A stretch of DNA of 46,064 nucleotides from a virus. The notes under the pieces are model-generated. The model saw nothing but the letters and a program-made list of their open reading frames with translations. It did not search any database and was not told the origin of the DNA. Shown here piece after piece: positions 21,115 through 30,234 of this stretch; the stretch's first letter is position 1, and each line of letters starts with the position of its first letter. Location of the stretch: the IMG/VR virus record IMGVR_UViG_3300045988_118513; one strand, written 5' to 3'. Both the position numbers and the translations under genes were made by a program.

Positions 21115-22016
21115 CACGCCACCTCCATGAACTCGACCGGGCCAGTGATCGGCGGAATCTCGCCGCTACGTTCGCCACCAACCGCTGAACAGTACTCTCG
21201 CACGGGACACGCCTTGCACATCATGCCCGGCGACGCGGGGAAAATCCCCGCTTCCAAACCGCGGCCAACGTTGTTCAGCCACGTCTCCACATAGCTATCA
21301 TTCCGGGTAGTCATCGGCACCCAATCCAGCACGTCGCCGTCCATGCCCATCCAGTACGCGGCCTTCACAACCGGTACGCCGGCAGCACGCAACTGCGCCG
21401 CGTAAGCCTTCAACTGCGTCGTAGACTGCGGCGGATTCCCCGTCTTAAGGTCCACCACAAGCAGCTCCCCATTCCCATCAACGAGAATGCGATCAATGTA
21501 CCCGACATACGGATACCCGCCCAGTGGGTGCGACACCTTCAGCTCGATACCAGGAATCGCCTTCCCGTCCGGCGCGTCGAACAGGGCGATCCGATAGTTG
21601 TTAGCGGCGCGCCAATCGATCCAGTTCTGGACCATGATCGGCCCGTAATGCCTGGCCCACTCCTCGTCCTTCTTATTCGGGCCACCGCCCTTACCGAGGC
21701 CTGTCTTAAGGACACGCCCGGACGCGTTGATCGTCGTGCCCGCCTCCACGCGGCGAGCCTTCTCTCGGTCGAACGCGAACGTGAACGCCTTCTCCACATC
21801 CTCATTCAGCAGCGGCGCATGCTTATCCGTAGCGAGGCCAACCTCATCAAGGTCAATAGCCTCAGTCACCTCATGCACCGCCGTGCCCATCATGGTCACC
21901 CAATAGGTCGCCTTGTCCAGACCGTACACGCGAGATAGCCTCCAACGTTCAGCACAATCACTGTACTGTGCGGCGCTGGAATACGACAGTCGGCGGATGG
22001 TCCGCTTCTCGTCCAT
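21114..22016 (-). CDS. Cas4/RecB-family PD-(D/E)xK exonuclease
   Basis: N-terminal Cys (QYSDCAERW), IDRILVD...VVDLKTG core and C-terminal CKACPVREYC cluster. GGGAGGAAG RBS. Confidence 0.75.
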   Translation of the reverse strand: MDEKRTIRRLSYSSAAQYSDCAERWRLSRVYGLDKATYWVTMMGTAVHEVTEAIDLDEVGLATDKHAPLLNEDVEKAFTFAFDREKARRVEAGTTINASGRVLKTGLGKGGGPNKKDEEWARHYGPIMVQNWIDWRAANNYRIALFDAPDGKAIPGIELKVSHPLGGYPYVGYIDRILVDGNGELLVVDLKTGNPPQSTTQLKAYAAQLRAAGVPVVKAAYWMGMDGDVLDWVPMTTRNDSYVETWLNNVGRGLEAGIFPASPGMMCKACPVREYCSAVGGERSGEIPPITGPVEFMEVA

Positions 22017-22124
22017 GCGAGCTTCCTCCCTTCTAATAGGAAACGTGTTGAAAGTGCCCGACCAGATCAGTCGAACAAACGCAACACTACCGCACGGCTA
22101 ACGGAATGTGCAAGCGGAACACGC

Positions 22125-22158
22125 AAAAAAGGGGACCGCGACCTAAGTCACAGCCCCC
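22125..22158 (-). terminator. Candidate intrinsic terminator
   Basis: The minus strand shows an imperfect GGGG..GAC/GTCCCC hairpin followed by TTTTTT (22125-22130). Confidence 0.4.
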
Positions 22159-22181
22159 AAGTGGGAAAACCGAACCTGCCA

Positions 22182-22682
22182 TCACATGCCGAAATGCGCC
22201 TCAGCAGCAGCCACTGTCACGCGCGACAAATCAGCCACAGGCTCGCCATCGTCATCCACAAACGGGTCACGAATCCACCACTTATCAATCCCCTCGCGAC
22301 GAGGAACAAGCACATAAGCATTCGCATCCCAGTCATAATCAACAACCCGGCCCACGCCAAGCGCATGACGCAGACGAATAGCGATGCGACGATTCTCTCC
22401 CGCCACATCCTCACCATGCTCAATAGCCGCCAAAGCGCGCAGGCCAGTACGGTAATGCCCGTTGCGGGGATTCTTGGCCCGAACAAGCCGCGGAGCAGCA
22501 AGCGGATAAGTGCGAACAATGCGCGCTTTGCCCGCGCCCTTCAAGAAACGACTCCACACAGACGCAGACGTCTCAACCCCATACTTCTCACGATACAGGT
22601 CAATCATCTGCTGGTACGTCCACCCCTCGTCCATCAGTAGACGGCGAGCCTCATCCTCGTCCACGACCTTCCGCTGCGACAT
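22182..22682 (-). CDS. Hypothetical protein, possible DNA-binding (166 aa)
   Basis: ORF track, ATG start. The N-terminus DEARRLLMDEGWTYQQMIDLYREKYGVETS is HTH-like. Weak call. Confidence 0.6.
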   Translation of the reverse strand: MSQRKVVDEDEARRLLMDEGWTYQQMIDLYREKYGVETSASVWSRFLKGAGKARIVRTYPLAAPRLVRAKNPRNGHYRTGLRALAAIEHGEDVAGENRRIAIRLRHALGVGRVVDYDWDANAYVLVPRREGIDKWWIRDPFVDDDGEPVADLSRVTVAAAEAHFGM

Positions 22683-22857
22683 CTCGCATCACTCCCCACG
22701 CTTGTTGGTAATTACTGTCGCACGGCAAACATTACCACACTGCAAGCCTAACGCAACACCCAGCACAACACGACCCCCGATGTGCAACAGGTGCGAAACG
22801 ACGAAAACGGCGGGAGTGCAACCAAAAACGGCCACACCCCCGCCAACCTACCGCGCG

Positions 22858-23679
22858 TTAAGCCACGCGGCGAGACAACACGCGCCGCACCGCACGCGCC
22901 CCACGGAATACGCCACCACACGCCTTGCAGCGGAAACACTCAAACACGCTCACAGCAGTCACCGCCTCACCACACGACTCGTACTCAGTGCCACCACACG
23001 ACGGACACGACAACCCCTCACCCTGAGCCCACACGCCAAGGTGGACAGCCGACGACAACCACGGGCGCAAACGGTCGAACAACCGCTCCGTCAACTCGAC
23101 GTCGCCACGGTTGTACGTCTCCATCCGCTGCCACGCATCCCGGTCACCCTCCATGCAAGCAACCCACAACGCATGCCCCTCATGGGAGACCTTATGGCCC
23201 AGGCCCAAACGACTAGCAACGTAATCCAGCTTGTTCGACGGGAACTTGAACTCACGCCGCACCACCGGCAACAAGTCCACGTTCCGATACGGGCCGGGCT
23301 TCCCCAAACCGGCCAACACAAACTCACGGTTCAGATGCTTCACGTCATACTTGATCCCGTTGAACGTAACCAACACGTCGCACTCATCCAGCAGCCGCCA
23401 CGCCGCCTCAACCATCGCCTCATGCCCATCCTTCTCATCGGACCAGAACATCGTCTGCGAGTCCCCGTACCACTTCGCAGCGAAACAAATCATGCGACCG
23501 TCCTCAACGATCTGAGGCAACCCCACGTTCTGATCCCACAGGCCCCACACGTGCGCCACAGTCGGACTGCACTCAATATCCAACGTCAAAATGCGAGCAC
23601 CATTACCCGCATTCACTCGCGCGCCCGACGCGGCAACCGGCGCGTTCACGCGCTCATGCACACTCTTAAGCGACCCCAT
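22858..23679 (-). CDS. DnaQ-like 3'-5' exonuclease with C-terminal zinc ribbon
   Basis: Exo motifs LDIECS, FNGIKYDVKHL and YNRGDVELTERL. C-terminal CPSCGG...CFRCKACGG. Confidence 0.75.
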   Translation of the reverse strand: MGSLKSVHERVNAPVAASGARVNAGNGARILTLDIECSPTVAHVWGLWDQNVGLPQIVEDGRMICFAAKWYGDSQTMFWSDEKDGHEAMVEAAWRLLDECDVLVTFNGIKYDVKHLNREFVLAGLGKPGPYRNVDLLPVVRREFKFPSNKLDYVASRLGLGHKVSHEGHALWVACMEGDRDAWQRMETYNRGDVELTERLFDRLRPWLSSAVHLGVWAQGEGLSCPSCGGTEYESCGEAVTAVSVFECFRCKACGGVFRGARAVRRVLSRRVA

Positions 23680-24013
23680 AACAACAACACTCCCCCCTGC
23701 GATGCGCCGACAAACTCGACCGAGCTACCTCAAAACCAGCCGCACGCAACGTCCGACGCAAACCAGCCGACGACTCCGACGGATCATCCAACGCCCCAGA
23801 AAGCCACTCAGCGTCCTCAGAATCAAGACTGCGAATAAACGCGCCCACCTTGCACGAACGCCGCTCCACAGGCCGCACAGACCCCTCAACGGCCCCGTGT
23901 AGCTCACTCAACCTTGCCGCCACAACACACCACACTCCAAAACAAACAACACACCACGCACACAAGGGGGGCGCAACCACACGGCCACGCCCCCCAAGCA
24001 CGTCAGAACTCAT
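23666..24013 (-). CDS. HTH DNA-binding protein (start uncertain)
   Basis: The C-terminal part CKVGAFIRSLDSEDAEWLSGALDDPSESSAGLRRTLRAAGFEVARSSLSAHRRGECCC resembles small actinophage HTH proteins. The N-terminal part of the 23666..24205 ORF overlaps the upstream gene and is rejected. Confidence 0.5.
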   Translation of the reverse strand: MSSDVLGGRGRVVAPPLCAWCVVCFGVWCVVAARLSELHGAVEGSVRPVERRSCKVGAFIRSLDSEDAEWLSGALDDPSESSAGLRRTLRAAGFEVARSSLSAHRRGECCCYGVA

Positions 24014-24335
24014 CCTCCAACGCGCGCGGCACCTCCGGCACAGGAGGCGCATCCACACCATCAGGCAACAACTCCACCAACGCATGACCCCAACGCCACA
24101 CGCGATGCGCCCAATCCAATGTCGCACGCAACCGACGCCCCAACGCGTCACGCTCCACCTCAAGCGACGCGACGCGCTGCGACAGACCATCAACCTCATG
24201 CTCAAGCCTGTCCACGAGAACCTTCAACGCATCGAGATTATGGTCCGCGCGCTTAGTCACCAACGTCACCACCACGCCGCCAAGACCACCCAACGCCGCC
24301 CACAAAGCGGGCGACGCCAACAACTCGATAACCAT
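24003..24335 (-). CDS. Membrane-anchored coiled-coil protein in the lysis cassette
   Basis: ATGA overlap with the holin stop. TM segment ALWAALGGLGGVVVTLV followed by a heptad-like helix. Confidence 0.65.
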   Translation of the reverse strand: MVIELLASPALWAALGGLGGVVVTLVTKRADHNLDALKVLVDRLEHEVDGLSQRVASLEVERDALGRRLRATLDWAHRVWRWGHALVELLPDGVDAPPVPEVPRALEDEF

Positions 24336-24625
24336 CAGTCCCCCTTAGCGTCAACCTCCGGGCCGTGAGCCGCCAACCACGGCAACCACACGCGCAAAAA
24401 GCCCTCAACCTCAGGCATCGCCATCACGCGCGTCACCGTCGCACACACACCCAACACGACCGCAGCCCAACCAGACGCCTCAGCCGCCGAAATGCCAGCC
24501 TGCGCAAACACCAACGGTGCCAACGCGGCCAACGCAACCACAACCTGCACCACCGTGCGCACCGTCGCGCGCCACGGGAACACCGTCTGCGACGTCAAAC
24601 CCTTCTCGCGCTGCTCATCACTCAT
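24335..24625 (-). CDS. Holin (96 aa, two TM helices)
   Basis: Lies immediately downstream of the endolysin with an ATGA overlap. Helices TVVQVVVALAALAPLVFA and WAAVVLGVCATVTRVMA. Confidence 0.7.
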   Translation of the reverse strand: MSDEQREKGLTSQTVFPWRATVRTVVQVVVALAALAPLVFAQAGISAAEASGWAAVVLGVCATVTRVMAMPEVEGFLRVWLPWLAAHGPEVDAKGD

Positions 24626-25647
24626 GCCGCCTCCTTCACAACACGCAGGACACCCTGATCGTCCTGCTCCAACACCACGCGCCCAACAACCAAACGCCCC
24701 TGACCGTCGAACACGCTACAAGCCCCATCAAGGCGCGTGCGAGCAACACCCGTCACCATCACACCCTGATCGTCCATAAAGTAATGGTGGCCGCCCTCAG
24801 ACAGCCACCCCTTACGCATCACGCCATTGGATTCAAGGAAGTACCACTTGTCCTTGACCTGCTGCCAGCCGGTACGCATCTTGCCATCATCACCAAGATA
24901 GAACCAGCTCTCACCGTCCTGCACCCAGCCAGTCTCCATCACGCCAAACCGCGTGTCATGCGTGGGATGCAAGTAATACCAGGTGCCGTTCTCGATCACC
25001 CAGCCGGACTTGAGCCAGCCCTTCTCGTCCGCGAGGAACCAGTCGCCGTTAACCTGGAACCAGCCCGTCTCCCACGAGCCATCATCCTTGCGGTACCACC
25101 AGCCGTTGCCTTCCTTCACCCAGCCGGGGCCTTCCACAGCACCCAAATGGTCGTACCAATACTGGGCGCGAGACATGTACTGGCCAGCCAGCTCATCACG
25201 CAACGCGGCCGGGCACGCCGTACTAAAAAAGTCCGAATGGGGGAACACGTTCACGCGCCACTCAGGGCGACCAAGCCCATACGCCGCGCAAATAGCCGCC
25301 GTCAAGTGCGCGCCAGAATCCACCGTCGAATCCGAAATAGCCCAGCCAGTAGACGCGCCGCCCACGTTAGCGTGCTCAATACCAATCGACCGGCAATTAG
25401 TGCCCCAATCACCCGCATGATAAGCCGTATCCGAATCATGCACATACTGGCACACGCTACCCTCAGCATCCACATTGTAATGCGCCGACGTACCATTCGA
25501 CACGAAAGCCCCATACACGCCCTGGTGTGACATGCGCACGCCCGCATTATGGTGCAACACCACACGATCCAACGCATAACCGCCACGCCCCTGCGTGAAA
25601 TTGCTCGACCAAATATCGTAATCCGCATTCAAGCTAACGTAATCCAC
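24622..25647 (-). CDS. Endolysin: N-acetylmuramoyl-L-alanine amidase (PGRP/Amidase_2-like) plus C-terminal cell-wall-binding repeats
   Basis: N-terminal motifs VVLHHNAG, AHYNVD and AYHAGDW..NCRSIGIEH. The C-terminus has about 7 repeats of the GW-x-x-x-x-G-x-WYY type (choline/glucan-binding-like). GTG start with a GAAGGGG RBS. Confidence 0.85.
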   Translation of the reverse strand: MDYVSLNADYDIWSSNFTQGRGGYALDRVVLHHNAGVRMSHQGVYGAFVSNGTSAHYNVDAEGSVCQYVHDSDTAYHAGDWGTNCRSIGIEHANVGGASTGWAISDSTVDSGAHLTAAICAAYGLGRPEWRVNVFPHSDFFSTACPAALRDELAGQYMSRAQYWYDHLGAVEGPGWVKEGNGWWYRKDDGSWETGWFQVNGDWFLADEKGWLKSGWVIENGTWYYLHPTHDTRFGVMETGWVQDGESWFYLGDDGKMRTGWQQVKDKWYFLESNGVMRKGWLSEGGHHYFMDDQGVMVTGVARTRLDGACSVFDGQGRLVVGRVVLEQDDQGVLRVVKEAA

Positions 25648-25667
25648 AACAACCCCTTCACACTCAA

Positions 25668-26165
25668 TCAGTCAATCGCCTGCCACAACGCCGGGGCCTT
25701 ATCCGGCGCAAACTCCGCAGACGAATCATGCTCCTTAACACAACGCCACACGCGCCCCACATGCTGACACTGATCCCCCTCACCAACATGCATGCCAGCA
25801 GCCCACGGCTTATGCTCGCCAACAATAACCTTGCCGTCCGCCCCGCACTTCATCCAGCCACGCCAAAAATCCTTCGGCCCCTGCGTAAACGGCGACAACC
25901 ACTGGCCCGACACGTTCTTCCACGTCACGCCATCCACCAGGACGCGCTCTCCTGGACCAATCGTCGCCGTCAAATCCAGCTTCGACACATCCTTCGCAGG
26001 CTCATCCTTCACCGCCTCAGCGAAATCCTGCGCCGCCTTCACAGTCGCCGCCTGCGCCGCCTTCAACGCGTCACGACGAGCAAACTCAACCATCACACTC
26101 TGATACAAAACCATCAGCTCACCATCCGACAAGCCCTGCAACGCTGCCTCAGCCAAAACAGTCAA
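25668..26165 (-). CDS. Tail-associated protein with C-terminal CBM5/12-like carbohydrate-binding motif (start uncertain)
   Basis: The C-terminus PWAAGMHVGEGDQCQHVGRVWRCVKEHDSSAEFAPDKAPALWQAI fits the W..G..Y..GD.V...G..Y.C...H.S...W.P....ALW pattern. A TTG at 26165 or an ATG at 26114 are possible starts. Confidence 0.55.
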   Translation of the reverse strand: MTVLAEAALQGLSDGELMVLYQSVMVEFARRDALKAAQAATVKAAQDFAEAVKDEPAKDVSKLDLTATIGPGERVLVDGVTWKNVSGQWLSPFTQGPKDFWRGWMKCGADGKVIVGEHKPWAAGMHVGEGDQCQHVGRVWRCVKEHDSSAEFAPDKAPALWQAID

Positions 26166-26181
26166 ACAACAACACCCCCAC

Positions 26182-26838
26182 TCACATGCTGATCGGGAAC
26201 GCAACCGTCATAAAACGGTTATACGAACCATCCCTCGTAAACGTCGCAGAACCACCACTAGGGCCGCGACCATAAATGCCCCACTCAACCTGCGGGGCAA
26301 CATTAGCGTCAATAATCCCGAAATTAAACAACGCATTAGACTGCTGGTCCGAACCGCCACTATTAAAAGCCGACCGCACACTACCCGCCGACTTCACCCA
26401 CAAGTACATGTCAACATTCCCCGTCGTGTTAGCCCACCCAGTCACAAACGACAGCACCATGCGCCGATACGGGCGCACCGGAAGATTAGCTGAGTAATAC
26501 TTGTAATACTGACCTGCGCCAACACTATACGACGCGCCAGACGCGTTATACACCTGCGAATCCAACTCAACCTCATTCAAGGCTCTCAACAGCCAGGAAC
26601 CGTCCCCAGCCTTCGACCCATCCGCTTTATACAACTGGCCCAAAATATCCAAATACGCTGGATTAGCCACAGTCGGCGCAACACCATGCTTAGCCATGTC
26701 ATCAATAGCGCCCTTAGCATTAGCCGCAGACGTCGCAACCTGAATCAGCCCAGCACTATTGAAAGCCTTCGCCAAACCCGCCAACAAAGGCTCATTGTAC
26801 TCAGGCAACTTAACGCCCTTCAAGCTATTCTCAGCCAT
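26182..26838 (-). CDS. Minor tail or hypothetical structural protein (218 aa)
   Basis: Frame 26182..26853 trimmed to ATG 26838 (GGAGG RBS 6 nt upstream). The assignment rests on its position in the tail module. Confidence 0.65.
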   Translation of the reverse strand: MAENSLKGVKLPEYNEPLLAGLAKAFNSAGLIQVATSAANAKGAIDDMAKHGVAPTVANPAYLDILGQLYKADGSKAGDGSWLLRALNEVELDSQVYNASGASYSVGAGQYYKYYSANLPVRPYRRMVLSFVTGWANTTGNVDMYLWVKSAGSVRSAFNSGGSDQQSNALFNFGIIDANVAPQVEWGIYGRGPSGGSATFTRDGSYNRFMTVAFPISM

Positions 26839-26862
26839 ATTCAACCTCCACACAATGCCCCA

Positions 26863-28323
26863 TCACAGGGGACACACAAACTCAACCTCAAAACGATAAT
26901 CGCGCACATACGACGTGCCATTTGTCTTAACACCCAACGACACTCGCTCCGACGTCTTAATATCAATCAGACCCGTAAACTGCGGCGTCGAGTACGATCC
27001 AACTGGGGCAATAGCGTACCCATACAAGTCGCCCCAATTAGCATCCTGCGCATCACCACGCAGTAACGCAACCTGAGTCACCGTATCCCATGTGCCCGAC
27101 TGAACACACGCCCAGCCAGACACGCGATAACGGCCCGCCTTCGGCACCAGCACCGAATTGTTATTCACGACCTTGATCTGCGCGCCGCGCGCCGACGTGT
27201 CTGCCCACAACGGGACCTTCAACACGCCGTTCTTCGGGACGCCAATATACGTATTACCCGACACCATACGGTAGTAGGGGGCAGAAAGCAGCTGATCCCA
27301 CGTGATCTTGAAATCACTATTTGAGGAACCCAAAAACCGCCCCTGCAGCCCCGCAGGCGTCAGCTTCACCTCGTTCTCCGCGCCAAAGTAAACCTCCTTA
27401 CGGAACGACACGTTAGGCTGCTTCCCGGCCGGGGCCGACAACTCCACCTCCCCCCCATCGTCAACCACCCGCACCACCGAACCCGTAATCGTTTTGCCAG
27501 TCAAGTTCTCGGCAATCAGGTCCCCCGAGATAACAGCCTTCTCAGCCCGCAACCTCGACACGACCGACTCCTCAAACTTCGCGACCTTCGCGCTCAGCTC
27601 CTTCGATGCGACGATCTTGTCTGCCGTCACCGACCCGCCCGCAATCAGGTTCCCAGTGATCGTCCCGTTCCCCGCAACATGCAGCATGCGCGTCCACATG
27701 TCCTGATCGACGTGAACACTCGACGTCCCCAGGTTGAACTCCACCCAGTTCCGACCATCCCACCTGAACCTGTACTCAACCGCGCCACCCGCGCCGCGCT
27801 GCTCATACACCGCGTTCAACGGCGGCTCCGTGCCAATGTCACGGAAATACGACTTCGGATCCTTCTCCGACGTCGAGAACATGAGCCGCGCATTACTCAC
27901 ATCAGCCTGCGCCCCCTGCAGCGTCGAACGCAACGACGCCATATCCTGCGCCGTCCGCCCGCGAGCCTCCTCCAACTCACGCATCGCCCGTTCAGCCTGA
28001 TCGTGCGCAACCTGCGCCGCATCAGCCACCTCACGCACCCGCTGCCCCTCAGCGCCCGCATACACCAGGCCACCCACAGTCACAGACGGGCCAGCATCCA
28101 ACACACCAGACGGCGCACCAGACGCATCCACCTGCACGCGCACATCCGACCCCGGCTTGAACACGCCGCCACCAGACGGAACATTCACCACGTTCCCCGG
28201 CTCGCCAACCTCCACGCGCACAGTCCCATTCTCGCCCGCGCCAACCACCTTACCCGGCACGCCAGACACCACAGGGGCCGAGCCCTTGGGCGCATCCAAC
28301 CAGAAAGACGCCTTACCAGCCAT
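26863..28323 (-). CDS. Minor tail protein, putative receptor-binding or fibre protein (486 aa)
   Basis: The ATG overlaps the upstream stop. It has a Gly/Val-rich N-terminus, a central coiled coil (AQVAHDQAERAMRELEEARGR) and a beta-rich C-terminus. Lies downstream of Dit- and Tal-like genes. Confidence 0.7.
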   Translation of the reverse strand: MAGKASFWLDAPKGSAPVVSGVPGKVVGAGENGTVRVEVGEPGNVVNVPSGGGVFKPGSDVRVQVDASGAPSGVLDAGPSVTVGGLVYAGAEGQRVREVADAAQVAHDQAERAMRELEEARGRTAQDMASLRSTLQGAQADVSNARLMFSTSEKDPKSYFRDIGTEPPLNAVYEQRGAGGAVEYRFRWDGRNWVEFNLGTSSVHVDQDMWTRMLHVAGNGTITGNLIAGGSVTADKIVASKELSAKVAKFEESVVSRLRAEKAVISGDLIAENLTGKTITGSVVRVVDDGGEVELSAPAGKQPNVSFRKEVYFGAENEVKLTPAGLQGRFLGSSNSDFKITWDQLLSAPYYRMVSGNTYIGVPKNGVLKVPLWADTSARGAQIKVVNNNSVLVPKAGRYRVSGWACVQSGTWDTVTQVALLRGDAQDANWGDLYGYAIAPVGSYSTPQFTGLIDIKTSERVSLGVKTNGTSYVRDYRFEVEFVCPL

Positions 28324-29387
28324 CACACCACCTTCTCTCGCACATCAACGCGCATCGACTGCGCGCCACCAGACAAGTCCATCACCAGGCCAGTCACCGC
28401 CCCAGCAACCGTCTCGCCGTCAGGGGTACGGACCTGCACCAAGTCACCCAAGTCCAGACGGAAGTCCTGCACGATCCTGAACGACCTCACGTCGCCGCCA
28501 GACGTCGCCTCACGCATCGCCCGGTCAGCAGCCGCCACAATCTCATCCTGCGACCCCGCCTGCACCTGCAAAACCTTATGGACAACCCCATACAGGGCGA
28601 CCGAGCGAGGCCCCGCGTTCACCTCCACCGTGTGCGACAAGCCGCCCGCATGAGACCTATCCCCAGAGGTCGAATTGGACACCGCCGTCCACCTGTTCGG
28701 CACCGCGTGCGACGCCTTCCTAGCTTCCGTCAGCAACAAGTCCTCGCCCGAATACGTGGCCACCACGCCGCGCCGCGTCGAATCCACCACATGCAACGCG
28801 TCATCCGCCCCCACGTAGAACCGCAGCCCGTACATGTCAGCGAGTTTCCCTAGCGCCTCGACGCGCTTGTTTCCCCACGACAAGCCGCCAGGAAGAACCG
28901 GATCATCACACTCCAACACGGGAACCAAATGCGGGTAACACAAGCGCTCCACCTCGCGCTTCAATGTCGCCTTCGCATCCGGGGACGTCGGAAACGGGAA
29001 GTCATCATCCACAAGCCGCTGCAGCAGAGAGTATGCCGTCACCTTCACCGGCCCCTCACTGCCGGCATCCCACGTCACCTCCTGCAGCAAGAACGCCCCC
29101 CGGTCCACCGTGAACGGGGACGCGCCCTGCGGCTCCACATGCACCAGCAGCCTAACCACCTGACCGTACGGGGCGAACGGCGACCATTCATTCAGCGGCG
29201 TCCAATCCGGGGACAGGTTGAACGTCAAGCGCTCCTGCGTCTGCTGTCCAGATGACAGCTCCAACTGGCCGGACTCCACTGGCACGTCGTCAGCCAACAC
29301 GACGCTGCCTCGCGTGGACTTCACCGTGCACCACACGCGGCACGGCAACGTCAACACGTCAACACTCAACTCCTCCGGGCTTCTCAC
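28323..29387 (-). CDS. Minor tail protein (Tal / tail-associated position)
   Basis: Frame 28323..29438 trimmed to a GTG in a GTGA overlap with the upstream stop. Assignment is by gene order after the tape measure and Dit. Confidence 0.65.
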   Translation of the reverse strand: MRSPEELSVDVLTLPCRVWCTVKSTRGSVVLADDVPVESGQLELSSGQQTQERLTFNLSPDWTPLNEWSPFAPYGQVVRLLVHVEPQGASPFTVDRGAFLLQEVTWDAGSEGPVKVTAYSLLQRLVDDDFPFPTSPDAKATLKREVERLCYPHLVPVLECDDPVLPGGLSWGNKRVEALGKLADMYGLRFYVGADDALHVVDSTRRGVVATYSGEDLLLTEARKASHAVPNRWTAVSNSTSGDRSHAGGLSHTVEVNAGPRSVALYGVVHKVLQVQAGSQDEIVAAADRAMREATSGGDVRSFRIVQDFRLDLGDLVQVRTPDGETVAGAVTGLVMDLSGGAQSMRVDVREKVV

Positions 29388-30139
29388 TCCACAAACCCCA
29401 CGCCCTTCATCACATCCAGCACCGTCCAGTTCCCCCACTTGCGGCCCTGCGAGATAGCGTCACCCCACGTCGCAGACGGAACAACCTGCCCGTCCAAACC
29501 CCACTCGCCCCTCGGGCCGGTGAAAGGCTGCGCCGTCCACTCGACGTCGATCTGCCGGTCACCCTCGGGAGATAGCCGGTCGTACCGCGCCGACTTCACC
29601 AAAACACACCTGACCCCGTCCACGCCCTTCGCGGGCTGTCCGAGCGAAATCAGCGTCAACCCTGGTGCCTCCAACACGTCCCGCACCTGACGCACCCTCT
29701 CAGGCGCATCCACCACGAACCTCGACGCCCCCGTCAGCTTGCCTCGCTTGAACCGGACTACGCCGTTCTCATACTCGCTCACCTGGTTCTCCCACCGCAG
29801 CGGGTCGCCCGTGTCCTCATACAAGTCCACGAATACGCCCCGCCCCGCCTGGGAAGCAACCTCCGCGCCACCGTCCGGGCACCCGTCAGCCGTCCTCGTC
29901 AACAACACCGGGCCGTACGTGCGACCATCAGACCCTTCAAGCGTGTACTCGACCGCCTCACCCACGGGGGCCAGCACGTATGAGAACACCCACGGACTAA
30001 ACCAGGGGTCCTGCCACCGCTGCTCGATCTTGCACACAAACTTCCCGTCCGCCTTCAATACGCCACCCACGTTAACCGCGAACGTCGGCAACCCCGTCGC
30101 ACGGTGAATAAACCCCTTAAACATCGGCCCCTGAACCAT
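29384..30139 (-). CDS. Minor tail protein (distal tail protein position)
   Basis: Frame 29384..30220 trimmed to ATG 30139 (GGAGGTG RBS). It is the first gene after the tape measure. Confidence 0.65.
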   Translation of the reverse strand: MVQGPMFKGFIHRATGLPTFAVNVGGVLKADGKFVCKIEQRWQDPWFSPWVFSYVLAPVGEAVEYTLEGSDGRTYGPVLLTRTADGCPDGGAEVASQAGRGVFVDLYEDTGDPLRWENQVSEYENGVVRFKRGKLTGASRFVVDAPERVRQVRDVLEAPGLTLISLGQPAKGVDGVRCVLVKSARYDRLSPEGDRQIDVEWTAQPFTGPRGEWGLDGQVVPSATWGDAISQGRKWGNWTVLDVMKGVGFVE

Positions 30140-30234
30140 GCTCAAAACACCTCCAAAAAGGCCCCCAAACGGGCGGCTATGCCCCAACCAGACCATGCCA
30201 GTAGGGGAGTAGCCGCCCACCCATTAAAGGGCCA

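Noticed and set aside
22510-23838. 442-aa + strand ORF, and similar long + strand ORFs at 24517..25530, 27679..28653, 32074..34371 (765 aa), 38517..39815 and 42590..44572 (660 aa)
   Set aside because: All are antisense shadows of well-supported minus-strand genes. Their products are low-complexity Pro/Thr/His/Arg/Gln-rich strings. The + strand here is C/A-rich and poor in T and G, so stop codons are rare by composition alone.
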